A DNA stretch of 64,000 bases from positions 95,604,001 through 95,668,000 of the forward strand of contig NC_043002.1 in assembly GCF_006345805.1 (NCBI RefSeq), written 5' to 3'. Below are positions 37,996 through 50,958 of this stretch, in pieces. The DNA comes from Octopus sinensis (Eukaryota). Within the stretch, counting starts at the first letter, position 1, and each line of letters begins with the position of its first letter. Below the pieces are notes generated by a model. That model saw nothing but the letters and a program-made list of their open reading frames with translations, was not told where the DNA came from and ran no database searches. A program made the translations under genes and the position numbers.

Positions 37996-38253
37996 CGAGC
38001 TGGCAGAAATGATAGCACATTAGGCGGCGAGCTGGCAGAAACGTTAGCACGCCGGGCGAAATGCTTAGCGGCATTTCGTCTGCCATTACGTTGTGAGTTC
38101 AAATTCCGCCGAGGTCGACTTTGCCTTTCATCCTTTCGGGGTCGATAAATTAAGTACCAGTTACGCACTGGGGTCGATGTAATCGAATTAATACCTATGT
38201 CTGTCCTTGTTTGTACCCTCTGTGTTTAGCCCCTTGTGGGTAATAAAGAAATA
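37996..38253 (+). mobile_element. SINE family 3 with 14-bp target-site duplication
   Basis: GGTATCTGCCAAGG at 37982-37995 and 38254-38267; tRNA-like head and conserved core. Confidence 0.85.
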
Positions 38254-38412
38254 GGTATCTGCCAAGGAAGTCTTCAGGGTCACTCATTGACCAAACAGTC
38301 TTTTACTCTTTTAGTTGTTCCAGTTCAAAGGTTGTGGTTAATGCCCCAACAATATAATAATCTAATCTCCATGCTAGCATATCAAATGGATGTAAAATAG
38401 AATGATTATGTA

Positions 38413-38455
<43 letters not shown>

Positions 38456-38499
38456 AAGAATAAGATGTTTTGAATGGTACAACAATGAACTATAATATA

Positions 38500-39138
38500 G
38501 ACAATGGGCTATTTACCTGTTGTAATTTAGTCATCCATAGTCTGATATGATATTTCGGAATGATATTCCTTCTTCAGATATTCTTAGATGGCATTCCTGC
38601 TATAATCGGTTTTCTAACGGCTTTTCTTTTTTATTTTGTGGAAGCGTCTCAGCAGTGGTCTCACAATGCTCCTTCCGGAATTCTTCATGAGAAGTGTGTG
38701 AGGTTGGCCATGTCTCAATCTCGTGTGTGCTGGTATATCCATAGTGCTGCTTCTAAGTTACGTATTATATGTGCAGCTTCCCTTTTTTTGTTAAAAACTA
38801 CAGATGAGCATATTATCAAAAATGAACCTACACGCATCCAGATGTATCTAAATAATGTATTCATTACCAACCTCCAGCCAGTTGTTAATTTGGGGCCCTA
38901 GTCTGTCTATGATTATAGCTTCCTTAATTCTTAAATTACTCAAATTTCTTTCACTGGCCTCAATTGTGACTGTTATGCTTTTGTCGGTGTTCCGGTATCT
39001 GTCTAGATGTTTACAGAAATGTTATTCCACTCCTTCTAACCAGTTTGAAGATAATGCTTTTTGTAACAGACCTTATCGTATTCCTGCCATGCTTTTTGTC
39101 ACTGTGAGTATCAACACCACACGATCTTTTTACTCAAT
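38500..39138 (-). mobile_element. 5'-truncated PLE (family F): decayed GIY-YIG + 3' UTR
   Basis: Homologous to 44757-45420; 5' end abuts (TA)n. Confidence 0.8.
38544..38583 (-). ncRNA. Minimal type I hammerhead (family F)
   Basis: atat-CTGAAGA-A-GGAAT(atc)ATTCC-GAA-ATAT-C-atatc; AUC triplet. Confidence 0.75.
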
Positions 39139-39139
39139 A

Positions 39140-39241
<102 letters not shown>

Positions 39242-39328
39242 TATTAGAGACAAAACCACTATTTTGCAAAACAAACAAGGAAAGACTTAATCAATACATA
39301 AAATTTTAATAAATAGTCAAAAAAACCG

Positions 39329-39371
39329 CCACTACAATTGTTACTTGTCTTGATCGACAATCTTCAGGTGG
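39329..39371 (-). ncRNA. Type I hammerhead (family D) with GAAA>GTAA defect, within PLE terminus 39240-39400
   Basis: ccac-CTGAAGA-TTGTC(gatcaa)GACAA-GTA-ACAATTGT-A-gtgg. Confidence 0.7.
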
Positions 39372-39399
39372 ACTTCCAATAAGTCAGTTTCAAATTATT

Positions 39400-39453
<54 letters not shown>

Positions 39454-39469
39454 ACACATATATACAAGG

Positions 39470-39680
39470 GGATGTTGAAAAGTTCCTGGTATTAAGGGTT
39501 ATTGTGAAAAGCTTGGTTAGAGGCCCAGCATTCCAAGTTCTTTTACAGGGCTTAGAAAAACTGAAGGACCATTGCCATAAGTGTGTGAATCAGAGAGGGG
39601 AATATTTTGAATAATATAATTAACTGATCCTCCCACATTTTCTTTTACCCAAAGCCAGGAAACTTACAGCACCCTGTCTT
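39470..39680. mobile_element. Mariner-derived MITE (~210 bp)
   Basis: Imperfect TIRs GGATGTTGAAAAGTTCCTGG / CCAGGAAACTTACAGCACC; reverse-oriented copy at ~52265-52482. Confidence 0.6.
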
Positions 39681-39681
39681 A

Positions 39682-39727
<46 letters not shown>

Positions 39728-39730
<3 letters not shown>

Positions 39731-40728
39731 GGTGCAGTGAAAAAAACTGTTATCTTAATTATGCAAAAACGAAAATAACACTGACATCTCATTTTAAAAT
39801 ATATATTTACCAAAATTACATAAAATATCTTGAAATACTAAAGAGTAAATTTATGCAATAAAATCACCATGGCCTCCAGTCGACTTCGAAATCTCCTGCT
39901 ACTATTCTGGATGGTCTCCTTGTTTAAGTTGGTGAATGCTGCCATAATCCTTGTCTTAAGTTCATCAATGACAAGAGGAAAGACCATGCTACAAAGCTTT
40001 TGAACAAGCTAAGCATCCCTTCCAACTGAACATGCTTTGGTTTTTTCTCATACGAGAAAAACTTCTGCCAGTATGAGATGGTGAACACACAGAACAACCC
40101 TTAGCTTGCCGTTTGCCCAAAACATGTACCAAGAGTGATAAAAAACAAACATTCAGTCAACATCAAGGTGTTTGGAGTGATCATTAGTGTTGGTAATGTT
40201 ATGCCTCAATTCATCTTCCCACATGGCTTCAGACTCAACATGGAAGCCTAGATCAAGTAACTGGACAAGGTAGTGTTGCCCTGGGTCAAGAGGGTGACAG
40301 GTGGAAGACCATGCCACACAAGCTCTGCACCATGCCACACAAGCAGGTAAACCTAGTCACAGCTGTCAGACAATTTCTGTGACCACATCTTCCTTAACTT
40401 CTCAGACTGCAACCCCCTTCATTATTATGTGTGGAGCACAGTTGAGTGAAGGACCAACAAAACTCCTTGTAACACCAAAGATGAACTGAAGGCAAGGATT
40501 ATGGCATTCACCAACTTAAGCAAGGAGACTGTCCAGAAAAGTTGCAGGAAATTCTAAAGTCATCTGGAGGCCGTGGTTGAAGTCATTTGCAATTTTATAG
40601 CATAAATTTACTCTTTAATATTTCAAGATATCTTTATGTAATTTTGGTAAACATATCTGTTAAAATGAGATGTCAGTGTTATTTTTATTATTGCATAATT
40701 TAGATGGCAATTTATTCACCACACCCTA
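39728..40728 (+). mobile_element. Decayed Tc1/mariner DD37D (maT-like) element with long TIRs
   Basis: TA|CAGGGTG ... CACCCTA|TA; ~150-bp TIRs; internal VNTQNN..., FGVII.., FIFPHGFRLN, VVLPWVKRVTGGRP. Confidence 0.8.
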
Positions 40729-40731
40729 TAA

Positions 40732-40773
<42 letters not shown>

Positions 40774-40919
40774 ACATACATACACTCACATGCACACCCA
40801 CACACACACCGACACACACACATATTTACGTATATATATACACATATATACAGAAAATTAAGTTTTCCACAGAAGTAGAAGTATGAAGAAAAGAAAAAAG
40901 TTGGAAATGCAATTTAGGA

Positions 40920-41320
40920 AAATTTGCTTTATCAAAATTTATATACAATTACTTAATGGTTTCACACAGTTTTTTTATTCTCAAAAGTAATGGATTTATG
41001 GAGTTTTATCACAGATTTTTTTTATTTCAATGTGGAAGTTCTTCTCTTAAAGATTTCTTAACAACGTGTTACATTTTCAAATTTTAAGTATTAGTTATGC
41101 TGATGTCATTCGGTACATTAGAACTGCTCGCAGACCATTTGACATCAGCAAAATAATGCTTAAAATTTGAAAATGTAACACATTATCAAGAGATCTTCAA
41201 GAGAAGAACTGCCACACAAAACATGTTATAAAACTCTCCATAATCCATTACTTTTAAAAATCAAAAAAATTGTGAAAGGAATTAAGCAACTGTATATAAA
41301 TTTTCATAAAGAAATTTTTG
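40920..41320. mobile_element. Old foldback element/MITE (~190-bp imperfect arms, ~30-bp spacer)
   Basis: ...GTGTTACATTTTCAAATTTTAAG...GCTGATGTCA / TGACATCAGC...CTTAAAATTTGAAAATGTAACAC... Confidence 0.7.
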
Positions 41321-41763
41321 TTATTTTGTATTTTCAACTGCCTTTCTTTTTATGAAAATTAAGATAACACAGATTTACATACCCAGGTTTTATTATACAG
41401 TTAATCACATCTTTCTTTGTCAGTACCTGCACATGTTTCCACTGCCAAGTATAGTAAAGTCAATTAACTGGACTTCAATTACTGAGGTTAGTCAGTATTG
41501 TTAACCAATAAATATGAACATGGTACCCGTTAGGATTATATAACTTTATTAACCAGTTTTGGAAATTTACCTTTAAATAACTCTCATATTTATAAATAAA
41601 TAAATAAATATATATATATATATATATTAGAAGAAATGAGGTAATCAGAAGATCGGATGGTTTATATTTACAGATATTTATTTATATATTACATTTTTTA
41701 CATATATATCATATCACTTAGATCATTAGCGCTTTCTCCCATTCTAGTGGGGTTTTCAAATCA

Positions 41764-41795
<32 letters not shown>

Positions 41796-42760
41796 TTGTG
41801 TGTGTGTGTGTGTGTGTCTTATTTTTGCGTATGTTAAAGAACTATGAACAATGTAGCTCTATGTAATTTGAGGAAAAGACAGAAATTTATATAATAATTT
41901 ATTTCATTGGAAGATTGTAAATCCAGCAATGTTAATTAGTGGTTTCGTCATTCTAGTCAGTATACAGAACAACATTGAAATCCTTTAAAGCTTTTGTGTT
42001 TCAATAACTGCTTTGAAACTATGAATATACATATTGTATTGGTGCAAGTCATCTTGTATGGCTTTCAAAATCTCACCACTTAAATTTGTATGCTGCAGTC
42101 AGGGCTGGCCTTAAGCCGACTGAACCAATTGCACCAAATCAAGCCCCACACCAAAGGGGGGTCCCACGCTCAAGAGGGCCACATTCTATACTGCAACATT
42201 TCATAATGGTAGTTGCCCTGAAGACTTTTAAAAAAATCTACATGGTCTTTCAAAAACAAAAAAGGAGAAACATACTTTCTACACTTTAGCAACACAAGAG
42301 ATCAAAAGATAAACCCATTCATGCAAGACTGCTTGGGTTTACTGTATTTTTAGAGTAAGGCTCAATAAATATGTTTGTATGTGAATGTTTGGGAGTGATT
42401 ATGGAGATGCTTGGATAAAATATTTGTGTGTCTGTGTAGGTAAATTGTATGTATATATGTGTGGGTATAATTTGTGCGTGTCAGTTTCTATGAATATGTT
42501 TAATTTTGGGGATGCTTTTTTTTATTTCAATACTGTGTATTTTATATTTTATATATATACATATATATGTATATATATAAATCTATATATACATATAATT
42601 TAACTGTGACAAAAAGAAAGAAAATCTTCATATAGATATTGGTGTATATTTGTACGTATGTATATATATATATACATGTTGGTTCTATTTGTTGCCCATA
42701 CGCATGGACTTGTGTGTATGAAGAACAATATTGTAACAACCCTGGTCTAAATGTATGTAA

Positions 42761-42792
<32 letters not shown>

Positions 42793-42821
42793 AAATGAAG
42801 AAAATGCTGACAAATAATTGA

Positions 42822-42993
42822 AGTAATTTAAGTAATTTAATTAGGTGAAAGTTCTTTTTACCGGTTGCGCATTTGTTATGCTTATCAAAATATAAAAGAG
42901 AGAATATAAAATCTCTCTTTTATATTTTGATAAGCATAACAAATGCGCAACTGGTAAAAAGAACTTTCACCTAATTAAATTACTTAAATTACT
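42822..42993. repeat. Near-perfect palindrome (~79-bp arms, 14-bp spacer), probably an inverted PLE terminus
   Basis: GTAATTTAAGTAATTTAATTAGGTGAAAG... / ...CTTTCACCTAATTAAATTACTTAAATTAC followed by (TA)n. Confidence 0.85.
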
Positions 42994-43192
42994 ATATATA
43001 TATATATATATATATATATCTGTTGTGTATTGATTGTGGCTAAAATTAAATCTACTGTAAAGTAATTGTTTATATTGTATCGTAATATATGATATATTGG
43101 AATCTACTATAATATGTATTGTGAAGTGAAGATTACTCTAAATCTAATAATATTGTTATTATTGATAAATATAATGATAATAATAATAATAA

Positions 43193-43226
<34 letters not shown>

Positions 43227-43518
43227 TAAGTAACAATTAAATATTGTTTATGTAGTCATGGGCATGGACGTATGTATATGTTCCGGTACATATGTATATA
43301 TATGTCTATGACGAATGCTCTATCTGCTTGGACCTATGGTTTAACTGTGCTTATTTATGTATTTATACACATGTAAAGGTGTATATACTTTGCTTATGCA
43401 TGTATATATATATATATATATGTGTATGTGTATATGGATATTTGTTTATATTTATATATATTAAATTGTACGTGTATCCTATTTCATGTATTTATATTTT
43501 TAAAGTTCTTTATAATAT

Positions 43519-43640
43519 CCGACGAGGCCTATGGTTATATATAAGTACCCTATTTTTAAATGCCTACAACCTCAATATAATTGACAACTGTAGGTACTGA
43601 AAAACTACTTTTTTCCATAGGCTGAAACAGCTGTAAGAGT
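43519..43640 (+). ncRNA. Possible decayed hammerhead with long stem II insertion (family H)
   Basis: CCGACGA-GGCCTATGG...~80 nt...CCATAGGCT-GAA-ACAGCTGT-A; stem I poorly paired. Confidence 0.4.
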
Positions 43641-43869
43641 GATTTTAATGATTTCAATAATTTATATTAAGATTTTTATAATTGTATTCTTATCTTATAT
43701 GTATTGAATTATAATGTATATATGTATGTTATTAAGTTTCTCGTTTTTGTTAAATAAATAAATAAGTCAACATTCTAATATCCGAAAGCTGGTGAACCAA
43801 CTCAATTGTTTCTCCATTTTCTTATTTGTATTTTATATATATATATATATAGGAGAATATTGTAGTTTG

Positions 43870-45435
43870 CTTGAAGCATTGTGTATTGTTTGTTAAGTAC
43901 AATGTGTCTTGACTGCTTATTGACTGACTGCATAGTAGGGTCTGACATCCACTGCTTCGGACTCTCTGCAGCTGATATACATCAACTATTGTCCATCATC
44001 GTGGACAACACCTACTTTTCTTTCTATGATCACATACGCAAACAGATAACAGGTCTCCCCATGGGATCCAGTCTCTCAGGCCTACTGGCCATCACCTAAA
44101 TGAACCATCTGGAATATCGAGCACTCAATATCTGCTGCTCATGCGCCTTATTCACCGGGTATGTAGATGACATCCTCATACTCACATTCTCTCATGAAGA
44201 GGCTGACAGAATATTCATCCCGTTCAACAACTCGGACATGAACATACAGTTCACTATAGAACATCCTGACAACACTGGATCACTATCGCTACTTGACTTC
44301 CAACTGAAAATAACGGAAGAAGGAGAGAACCACGCCAAGTTCTACAGGAAAGCAGCCAGTAGAGATATGTTTGTTCAATACAGTTCAGCACTTCCACTCA
44401 GTACTAAATGAACTTGCACACATTCAGAACAAGTGCGGCAGGGCAAAGGACAAGGTGACCCACACTACACACTTCCTAGAGATATAGAAAACCAACAGTA
44501 CCCAACATCCATTGTAAATCAGCTTAAGTAACCAAGATGACAAACACACAGAAAACCCAGCAACACATAGCACATGCTTCCTTAAAATACCCCATTTTAG
44601 CTCCAAAGAGCCATAAGAAGGGAAGGACTAGACATACAACTAGCCCACTCCGGCCCCTCTCTGAGAAGACACCTCCCAAAGAAACGAGCAAGGGACAGCA
44701 ATCAATGCACACTAGCAAACTGCCCGTCTGTGACACAGATTTATGCCAACAGGTAAATGTTGAGTATAGAATACAATGTAACAAATGCAACAAGTCTTAT
44801 GTGGGTAGCACAACAAGACCATTACACATTCGCATCAAAGAACATCTGAACATGAGAGCCTCCTCCTTCAGAAAACATCTAAACAGATGCCGGAACACCG
44901 ACAAAAGCATAACAGTCACAACTGAGGCCAATGAAAGAAATTTGGGTAATCTAAGAATTAAGGAATCTATCCTCATAGACAGACTAGGGCTCGAAATTAA
45001 CAACAGGCAGAAGATTGGCAGTCAATATATTGTTTAGCTACATCTGGATGCGTGTAAGTTCATTTTTGATAACATGCTCATGTATTGTTTATAAAAAACA
45101 ATGGAAGAAAAAACCCAGAAACGGCATGTATAATACATAACTTAGAAGCAGCGCTGCAGATGTGCCTGTACACACGAGCTTGAGACATGGCTGCCCTCAT
45201 GCATATCTCATGAGAAATTCTGGAAGGGGCTTCGTGAGACCACTGCAGAGACGCTTCTGGAAAAAAAAAACCCGTTGGAAAACTGATTATAGCAGTGACT
45301 CGATCGATTCCTAGGGATATCTGAAGAAGGAATATTTATATTCTGAAATATTATATCAGACTATGGATGATTAAATTATAACAGTTCTTATAGTCCATTG
45401 TTGTTATTATAGTGCATTATTGTGCCATTCAAGAC

Positions 45436-45440
<5 letters not shown>
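43870..45440 (+). mobile_element. Decayed PLE (family F): RT + C-terminal GIY-YIG + 3' UTR
   Basis: KQITGLPMGSSLSGLLA, YVDDIL, SLLDF, FYRK; VEYRIQCNKCNKSYVGSTTRPLHIRIKEH; stops and an internal deletion; (TA)n at both ends. Confidence 0.9.
45316..45357 (+). ncRNA. Minimal type I hammerhead (family F), AUU triplet
   Basis: gatat-CTGAAGA-A-GGAATAT(tt)ATATTCT-GAA-ATAT-T-atatc. Confidence 0.65.
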
Positions 45441-45470
<30 letters not shown>

Positions 45471-46427
45471 GAGGTGCAAGTTGACTGGGTACCTTGAGCC
45501 CACCAAAATTGTTCCCAATTGGGCCCCCGCACCTCCTAAGACTGGGTTTGGCTGCAGTCCATTCTGATGATCACTGCTTGTGACTTAGAAGTAGATTTGA
45601 GCAAAGTTTGGATAGTTATCATTTGGAAGTTGTAATCGAATCATGAGACAAGCTTTTCTCTGCACCTTAATTATAGGATTAAATCCAGAGTATTTGATCT
45701 CTCTGCAACCCAACACATTGCTATTTGATTTCTATATGAGTAGCAGCAAAGTACCTAAGAATATTTTGTGTAGGAGGTCACAGATTGTCCAGTTTTGCTA
45801 ACATAGAGAATTTGATTTAGTAGGCCATCTGTAAGCTTTACAATGTTAGTAAGCATTATCAAAAAAATATTCCTTGCATTATGTGGGTAACAGACAGGAC
45901 AGCTTGTTCTTGAAAGTCATGGAAATTGGCATTCATTGCTAAATCTTTAACAGACATGTATCTCGCTTAAAAGTTTTTCAATATATTCTCCTGCTGTACA
46001 TATTTGGTTTGGCCTCTCTGCGCCCTGCTTGTTTTCATTCCTGTTATTGTCTGTGAGTCACTAATATTTGCACGAGATATTTGTCTGTATATCCTATCTA
46101 TCTGATGATAAATACCAATTGACACTTGAATATTCTCAGACTGTGAAAGCTGGGTATTGTTTTGAAGTAGATTATTCTCTTCTTGAAATGCTCTAGCCTG
46201 GCTATCATGTGTAGCAGAAACAGAACCATATTCTCATTGCCTACATGCATATTTAGACATTTCTTTCAATTGTTTCGTCTTTAATTCAGTTGCTTTTCTC
46301 TCCCTTTGCTATGAAACATTCTGTTTTAGCCACATAGTTTTTCTTTTTGGATGACCCATGTTAAATTGAAAAATTCTAATGTAGAAACAAATAGTGTAGT
46401 ATGTATATTTAATTATTGTATTGTAAT

Positions 46428-46852
46428 AGGTGCAGGAGTGGCTGTGTGGTAAGTAGCTTGCTAACCAACCACATGGTTCCGGGTTCAGTTCCACTGCGTG
46501 GCATCTTGGGCAAGTGTCTTCTGCTATAGCCCCGGGCCGACCAATGCCTTGTGAGTGGATTTGGTAGACGGAAACTGAAAGAAGCCTGTCGTATATATGT
46601 ATATATATATATATATATGTATATGTGTGTGTGTGTGTGTTTGTGTGTCTGTGTTTGTCCCCTCAACATCGCTTGACAACCGATGCTGGTGTGTTTACGT
46701 CCCCGTCACTTAGCAGTTCGGCAAAAGAGACTGATAGAATAAGTACTGGGCTTACAAAGAATAAGTCCTGGGGTCGATTTGCTCGACTAAAGGCGGTGCT
46801 CCAGCATGGCCGCAGTCAAAATGACTGAAACAAGTAAAAGAGTAAAAGAGTA
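46428..46852 (+). mobile_element. SINE family 1, full-length reference copy
   Basis: tRNA-like head, internal (TA)n(TG)n, tail GACTGAAACAAGTAAAAGAGTAAAAGAG. Confidence 0.9.
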
Positions 46853-47393
46853 ATCAATATGTTAAACGAAATTAGTGTATTTTCTAACAATAAACACAAT
46901 GTCAACACAGGCATAGAGAATAACCCAAGGCTTTAATTATTTAAAACATCATGTTTTACTTATTTGTGTATGACAAAATAAACTTCAAATGAAAAATGTC
47001 TATGTAATTTGAAACTAAATAGATACAGTGTAAAAAGTTTCATAAATTTTCGCTAAGAATCTCAAAGAAAATTTCCGTAATCATTATTTTTAATGATAAA
47101 GAAGCAATAAAGAGCAAGTGAGGGAGAGAGAAAGTTGGAGAGAAAGAAAGTAAAAGTAACAGAGTGTGCATGGAGAAGACAAAATGTAATAAATGAAATA
47201 ACAGGGGAAAGGATATAAATGAAGTGCATGAGAAAGAGAAGTGACAAAAGCAAAGGAAGAAAGATGTTGACAAAATAAATGAGGAAGATAAGAGTGAGTC
47301 AGGAAAAGTTATAAGGAAAGAGAAATAGTGGCTGTCAATAAAGAATCAATGGAAGGGGAGACATACAGATAAGCAGATAACATTACAGGGAAA

Positions 47394-48260
47394 GGATCTT
47401 TTCAGTTTGAACGGCAGATTTTAACATAATTTCTAGGTAACTAAAAAAATTTTAAACTTCGTATACTGGTAGAATGTGTTTATAAAACAACTTTTTCTCT
47501 TGGCTTTATTGAGAAAATTCTATAGTTTGTAAGATATTTGTTGTTTTTTTCTTCGATTTCTGCAAGTTCAACCAATCACTGACGTCTATTGAGGTAAAAA
47601 ACATTCTGTGCCGTATGAATAAGTCCCTTGTTAAAGAAACAGATTGGGTTTATTTACATTTGTGAATTAAAAGATACCCTTCCCCCACCCTTAACCTTAA
47701 CCCTAACTAACCCTAACCCTAAAAAAGATTGAAATGCAATAGATCGATACTAGGGTCATAATTATGGGTGACAATTTCATATGACACTGCTAGAATAAAC
47801 TGCCGTTCAAACCAAAAAGATCCCTAACCCTAACTCTAACCCTAACCCTAAAACAGATTGAAATGCAATAGATTGATACTAGGGTCATAATTATGGGTGA
47901 CAATTTCATTTGACACCGCTAGAAAAAACTGCCGTTCAAACCGAAAGGATCCCTAACCCTAAAACAGATTAAAATGCAATAGATCGATACTAGGGTCATA
48001 ATTATGGGTGACAATTTCATATGACACCGCTAGAAAAAACTGCCGTTCAAACCGAAAGGATCCCTAACCCTAAAACAGATTAAAATGCAATAGATCGATA
48101 CTAGGGTCATAATTATGGGTGACAATTTCATATGACACCGCTAGAAAAAACTGCCATTCAAACTGAAAAGATCCCTAACCCTAACCCTAAAACAGATTAA
48201 AATGCAATAGATTGATACTAGGGTTATAATTATGGGTGACACCACTAGAAAAAACTGCCG
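47394..48260. mobile_element. Merlin-like MITE (reverse of 1908-2355) followed by ~4 tandem copies of its terminal 111-129 bp
   Basis: TIR ends at 47823, 47952, 48063 and 48174, each followed directly by CTAACCCTAA. Confidence 0.85.
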
Positions 48261-49268
48261 GCCAACAGAAGAAAGAGTGAGAGAAAGTTGTGGCGAAAGA
48301 GTACAGCAGGGATCGCCATCACCCCCTGCCAGAGCCTCGTGGAGCTTTTAGGAGTTTTCGCTCAATAAACACTCACAATGCCCAGTCTGGGAATCGAAAC
48401 CGTGATCCTACGACTGCAGGTCCGCTGCCCTAACCACTGGGCCTCCACACACACATATATATATATATAGTAGTAATAGGGACTTGAAGAATCACATAAT
48501 TATGAAACTCCAAGAGGTACAATGGTGCAGAGAATGTATATCAAAAGAACATATGAGAGAATGTGTGTGTGTGTGCGCATGCATGCGTGTGTGTGCATGC
48601 ATGTGTGTGCATGTGTGTATTGTATATATTGTATAGATATACGTGTGTGTGTGTGCACGTGCTGTTGTGTTTATGTTTGTCCCCCACAACTACTCGGCAA
48701 TCAGTGTTGGTTTGTTTATATGTCCATAACTTAGCAATTTGATGGAAGAGACCAACAGAATAATTACAAGGTTTCAAAATATGTACAGGGATTGATTAGT
48801 TTGACTAAACTCTTCAAGGTGGTGTCCCAACAGGACCATAGTTCAATGACTGAAGTAAATAGAAGATATATATATATATATATACAAATGTAATTCTTTT
48901 TCCCAAATGAATTGCACCACGGTTGTTAAATGATGATGATGATGATTCAAGACACTAATGAAGCTATAAAGCACTCAGCTATGAGTCCACTGCATTTTGT
49001 AGCAGAAACAGTTGTAAGCTAATGAAGTTCACAACATTTTCTTTTATATATATATATATCATCATCATCATCATCATCATTTAACGTCCACTTTCCATGC
49101 TAGCATGGGTTGGACGATTTGACTGAGGACTGGCAAACCAGATGGCTGCAACAGGATCCAATCTTGATCTGGCAGAGTTTCTACAACTGGATGCCCTTCC
49201 TAATGCCAACCACTCTGAGAGTGTAGTGGGAGCTTTAACATGCCACCGGCATGAGGGCCGATATATAC

Positions 49269-49299
<31 letters not shown>

Positions 49300-49504
49300 G
49301 ACAGAGAGAGAGACAGACAGAGAGAGAGACAGACAGAGAGAGAGAGAGAGAGACGCACATGAGAATTACCAAAACATTCAATTCACACTTTGATCATAAT
49401 ACACCTTTATAAACTAGGAAAATTGTCTTAACTTAGTCAGTGAGACCCTCATCATGTGCCTGCTTCCCGACTTAAACAAAGAGTTGCCTTCTCCTCATCA
49501 TTAA

Positions 49505-49725
49505 CCCTTTAGTGTTCGCATTATTCTGCCAAAATTAATGCTTCTTCATCTACATTGTTTTGAATTAACCATGCATTATCTTGTAGCTATGAGATTTTGA
49601 TGAGGTAGCTGTTAATTTTTTAAACAATATTGTAGGGTTGGTGTAAGAGACCAGATCTAGCCAGTTTGAACATAAAACAGGTAGAATATTTTTGGCCGGA
49701 TATGGCCGGTTTAAATGCTAAAGGG
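49505..49725. mobile_element. piggyBac-like MITE with intact TTAA TSD
   Basis: TTAA|CCCTTTAG ... CTAAAGGG|TTAA. Confidence 0.85.
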
Positions 49726-49980
49726 TTAAAGAATAGACTTACTCTCAAATTTTTCCTGGATAGACTCATCACAGGTGTTGAAAAGTGGGTTCTCTATAAT
49801 CAAATTCTATGAAAACAACAATGATTAGAACCCAGTGAGCAAGCAGAATCCATACCCACACCATGACTACACTAAAACAAATTATCCAAGCCGACATGGA
49901 AAACAGATGTTAAATAACACTGATGATGATGATGATGATGATGATGATGACAATGATTGATACACACACACATGCACATA

Positions 49981-50322
49981 CAGGGGTGGGACAAAATAAT
50001 GGAAACACCTAGCATCATAGCATCATAATTTTGAAATATCTATAAAATTATCAAAAGTTTGTTTATTTTTATGCTTTTTCACTTATTATTAGTGTTGCTT
50101 AATATGTTTTGCTAAAATTGCTGTTTCTTTTTGGATATCATCAGAAAATGGTAATTAAAATTCATTAAAATGACAGATCTTACGGACTTTCAAAGAGATT
50201 AAATTGTTGGTGCTCGTATGACAGGAGCTAGCATAATGAAAACAGCCGAAATGTTTGGTGTATCAAAAAGTACTGTCTCGAAAGTAATGACACCCTTTGA
50301 GAAAGAGGGAAAAACCTCCTCG
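49981..50322 (+). mobile_element. Tc1-like transposon left end with paired-type HTH start
   Basis: TA|CAGGGGTGGGACAAAATAATGGAAACACC; MTDLTDFQRD*IVGARMTGASIMKTAEMFGVSKSTVSKVM. Confidence 0.8.
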
Positions 50323-50329
50323 TCATATA

Positions 50330-50360
<31 letters not shown>

Positions 50361-50384
50361 GTGTGTGTGTATATATATATATAT

Positions 50385-50868
50385 ACACAAAAGAGGTGAA
50401 CCATAACAGGTCACCTAACATACTAGAAAGAACAGTCAAAAAGTCCAGACCACAGTTAAGAAGTTAAGAGCAATTTCGAAGGGAATGAAAAATAAAAACA
50501 TTTACCATGTTTTACAGCCGGACCTCAGGTTTCAAACTTTAATTAGCAAATAAAATAATTTTCAAGGTGAAGTTCTCATCAGCGGATATGCCAAAACATT
50601 AACATATTATAGATTAGCGACCAAGTAACATGTGTCTCATCCTTGTATATTATAATTTTTCAAATCCTCCTCACAAGCACATATTCAATTGGAAGCAAAT
50701 AAAAATTCTGATTAAACTTCAGATATTGCTAAAATCATTTCTTAAAATTAATATAAGGTAGCAAAAATTATAGAATTTTTTCTACCATGGGCCTTAACTG
50801 AGATTTGGACTTTTTGACTGTTCTTTCTAGTATGTTAGGCAACCTATTAAGGCTCGCCTCTTTTGTGT
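50385..50868. mobile_element. Element with ~75-bp inverted ends enclosing a hammerhead (family G)
   Basis: ACACAAAAGAGG...CAGTCAAAAAGTCCA / TGGACTTTTTGACTG...CCTCTTTTGTGT. Confidence 0.7.
50518..50585 (-). ncRNA. Type I hammerhead (family G) with a 30-nt stem II loop
   Basis: ccg-CTGATGA-GAACTT(30 nt)AAGTTT-GAA-ACCTGAGGT-C-cgg; GUC triplet. Confidence 0.7.
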
Positions 50869-50958
50869 TTAAATGTACACTAATTTTTATATGAAAAATA
50901 TGTCTATTGACTTTGTATACATACTAGGCCACTGGTAGAAAAAATTTCTATAATTTTT

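Noticed and set aside
46428-46510. tRNA genes at SINE heads
   Set aside because: A/B-box-like heads run into SINE bodies; I see no complete cloverleaf or Pol III terminator
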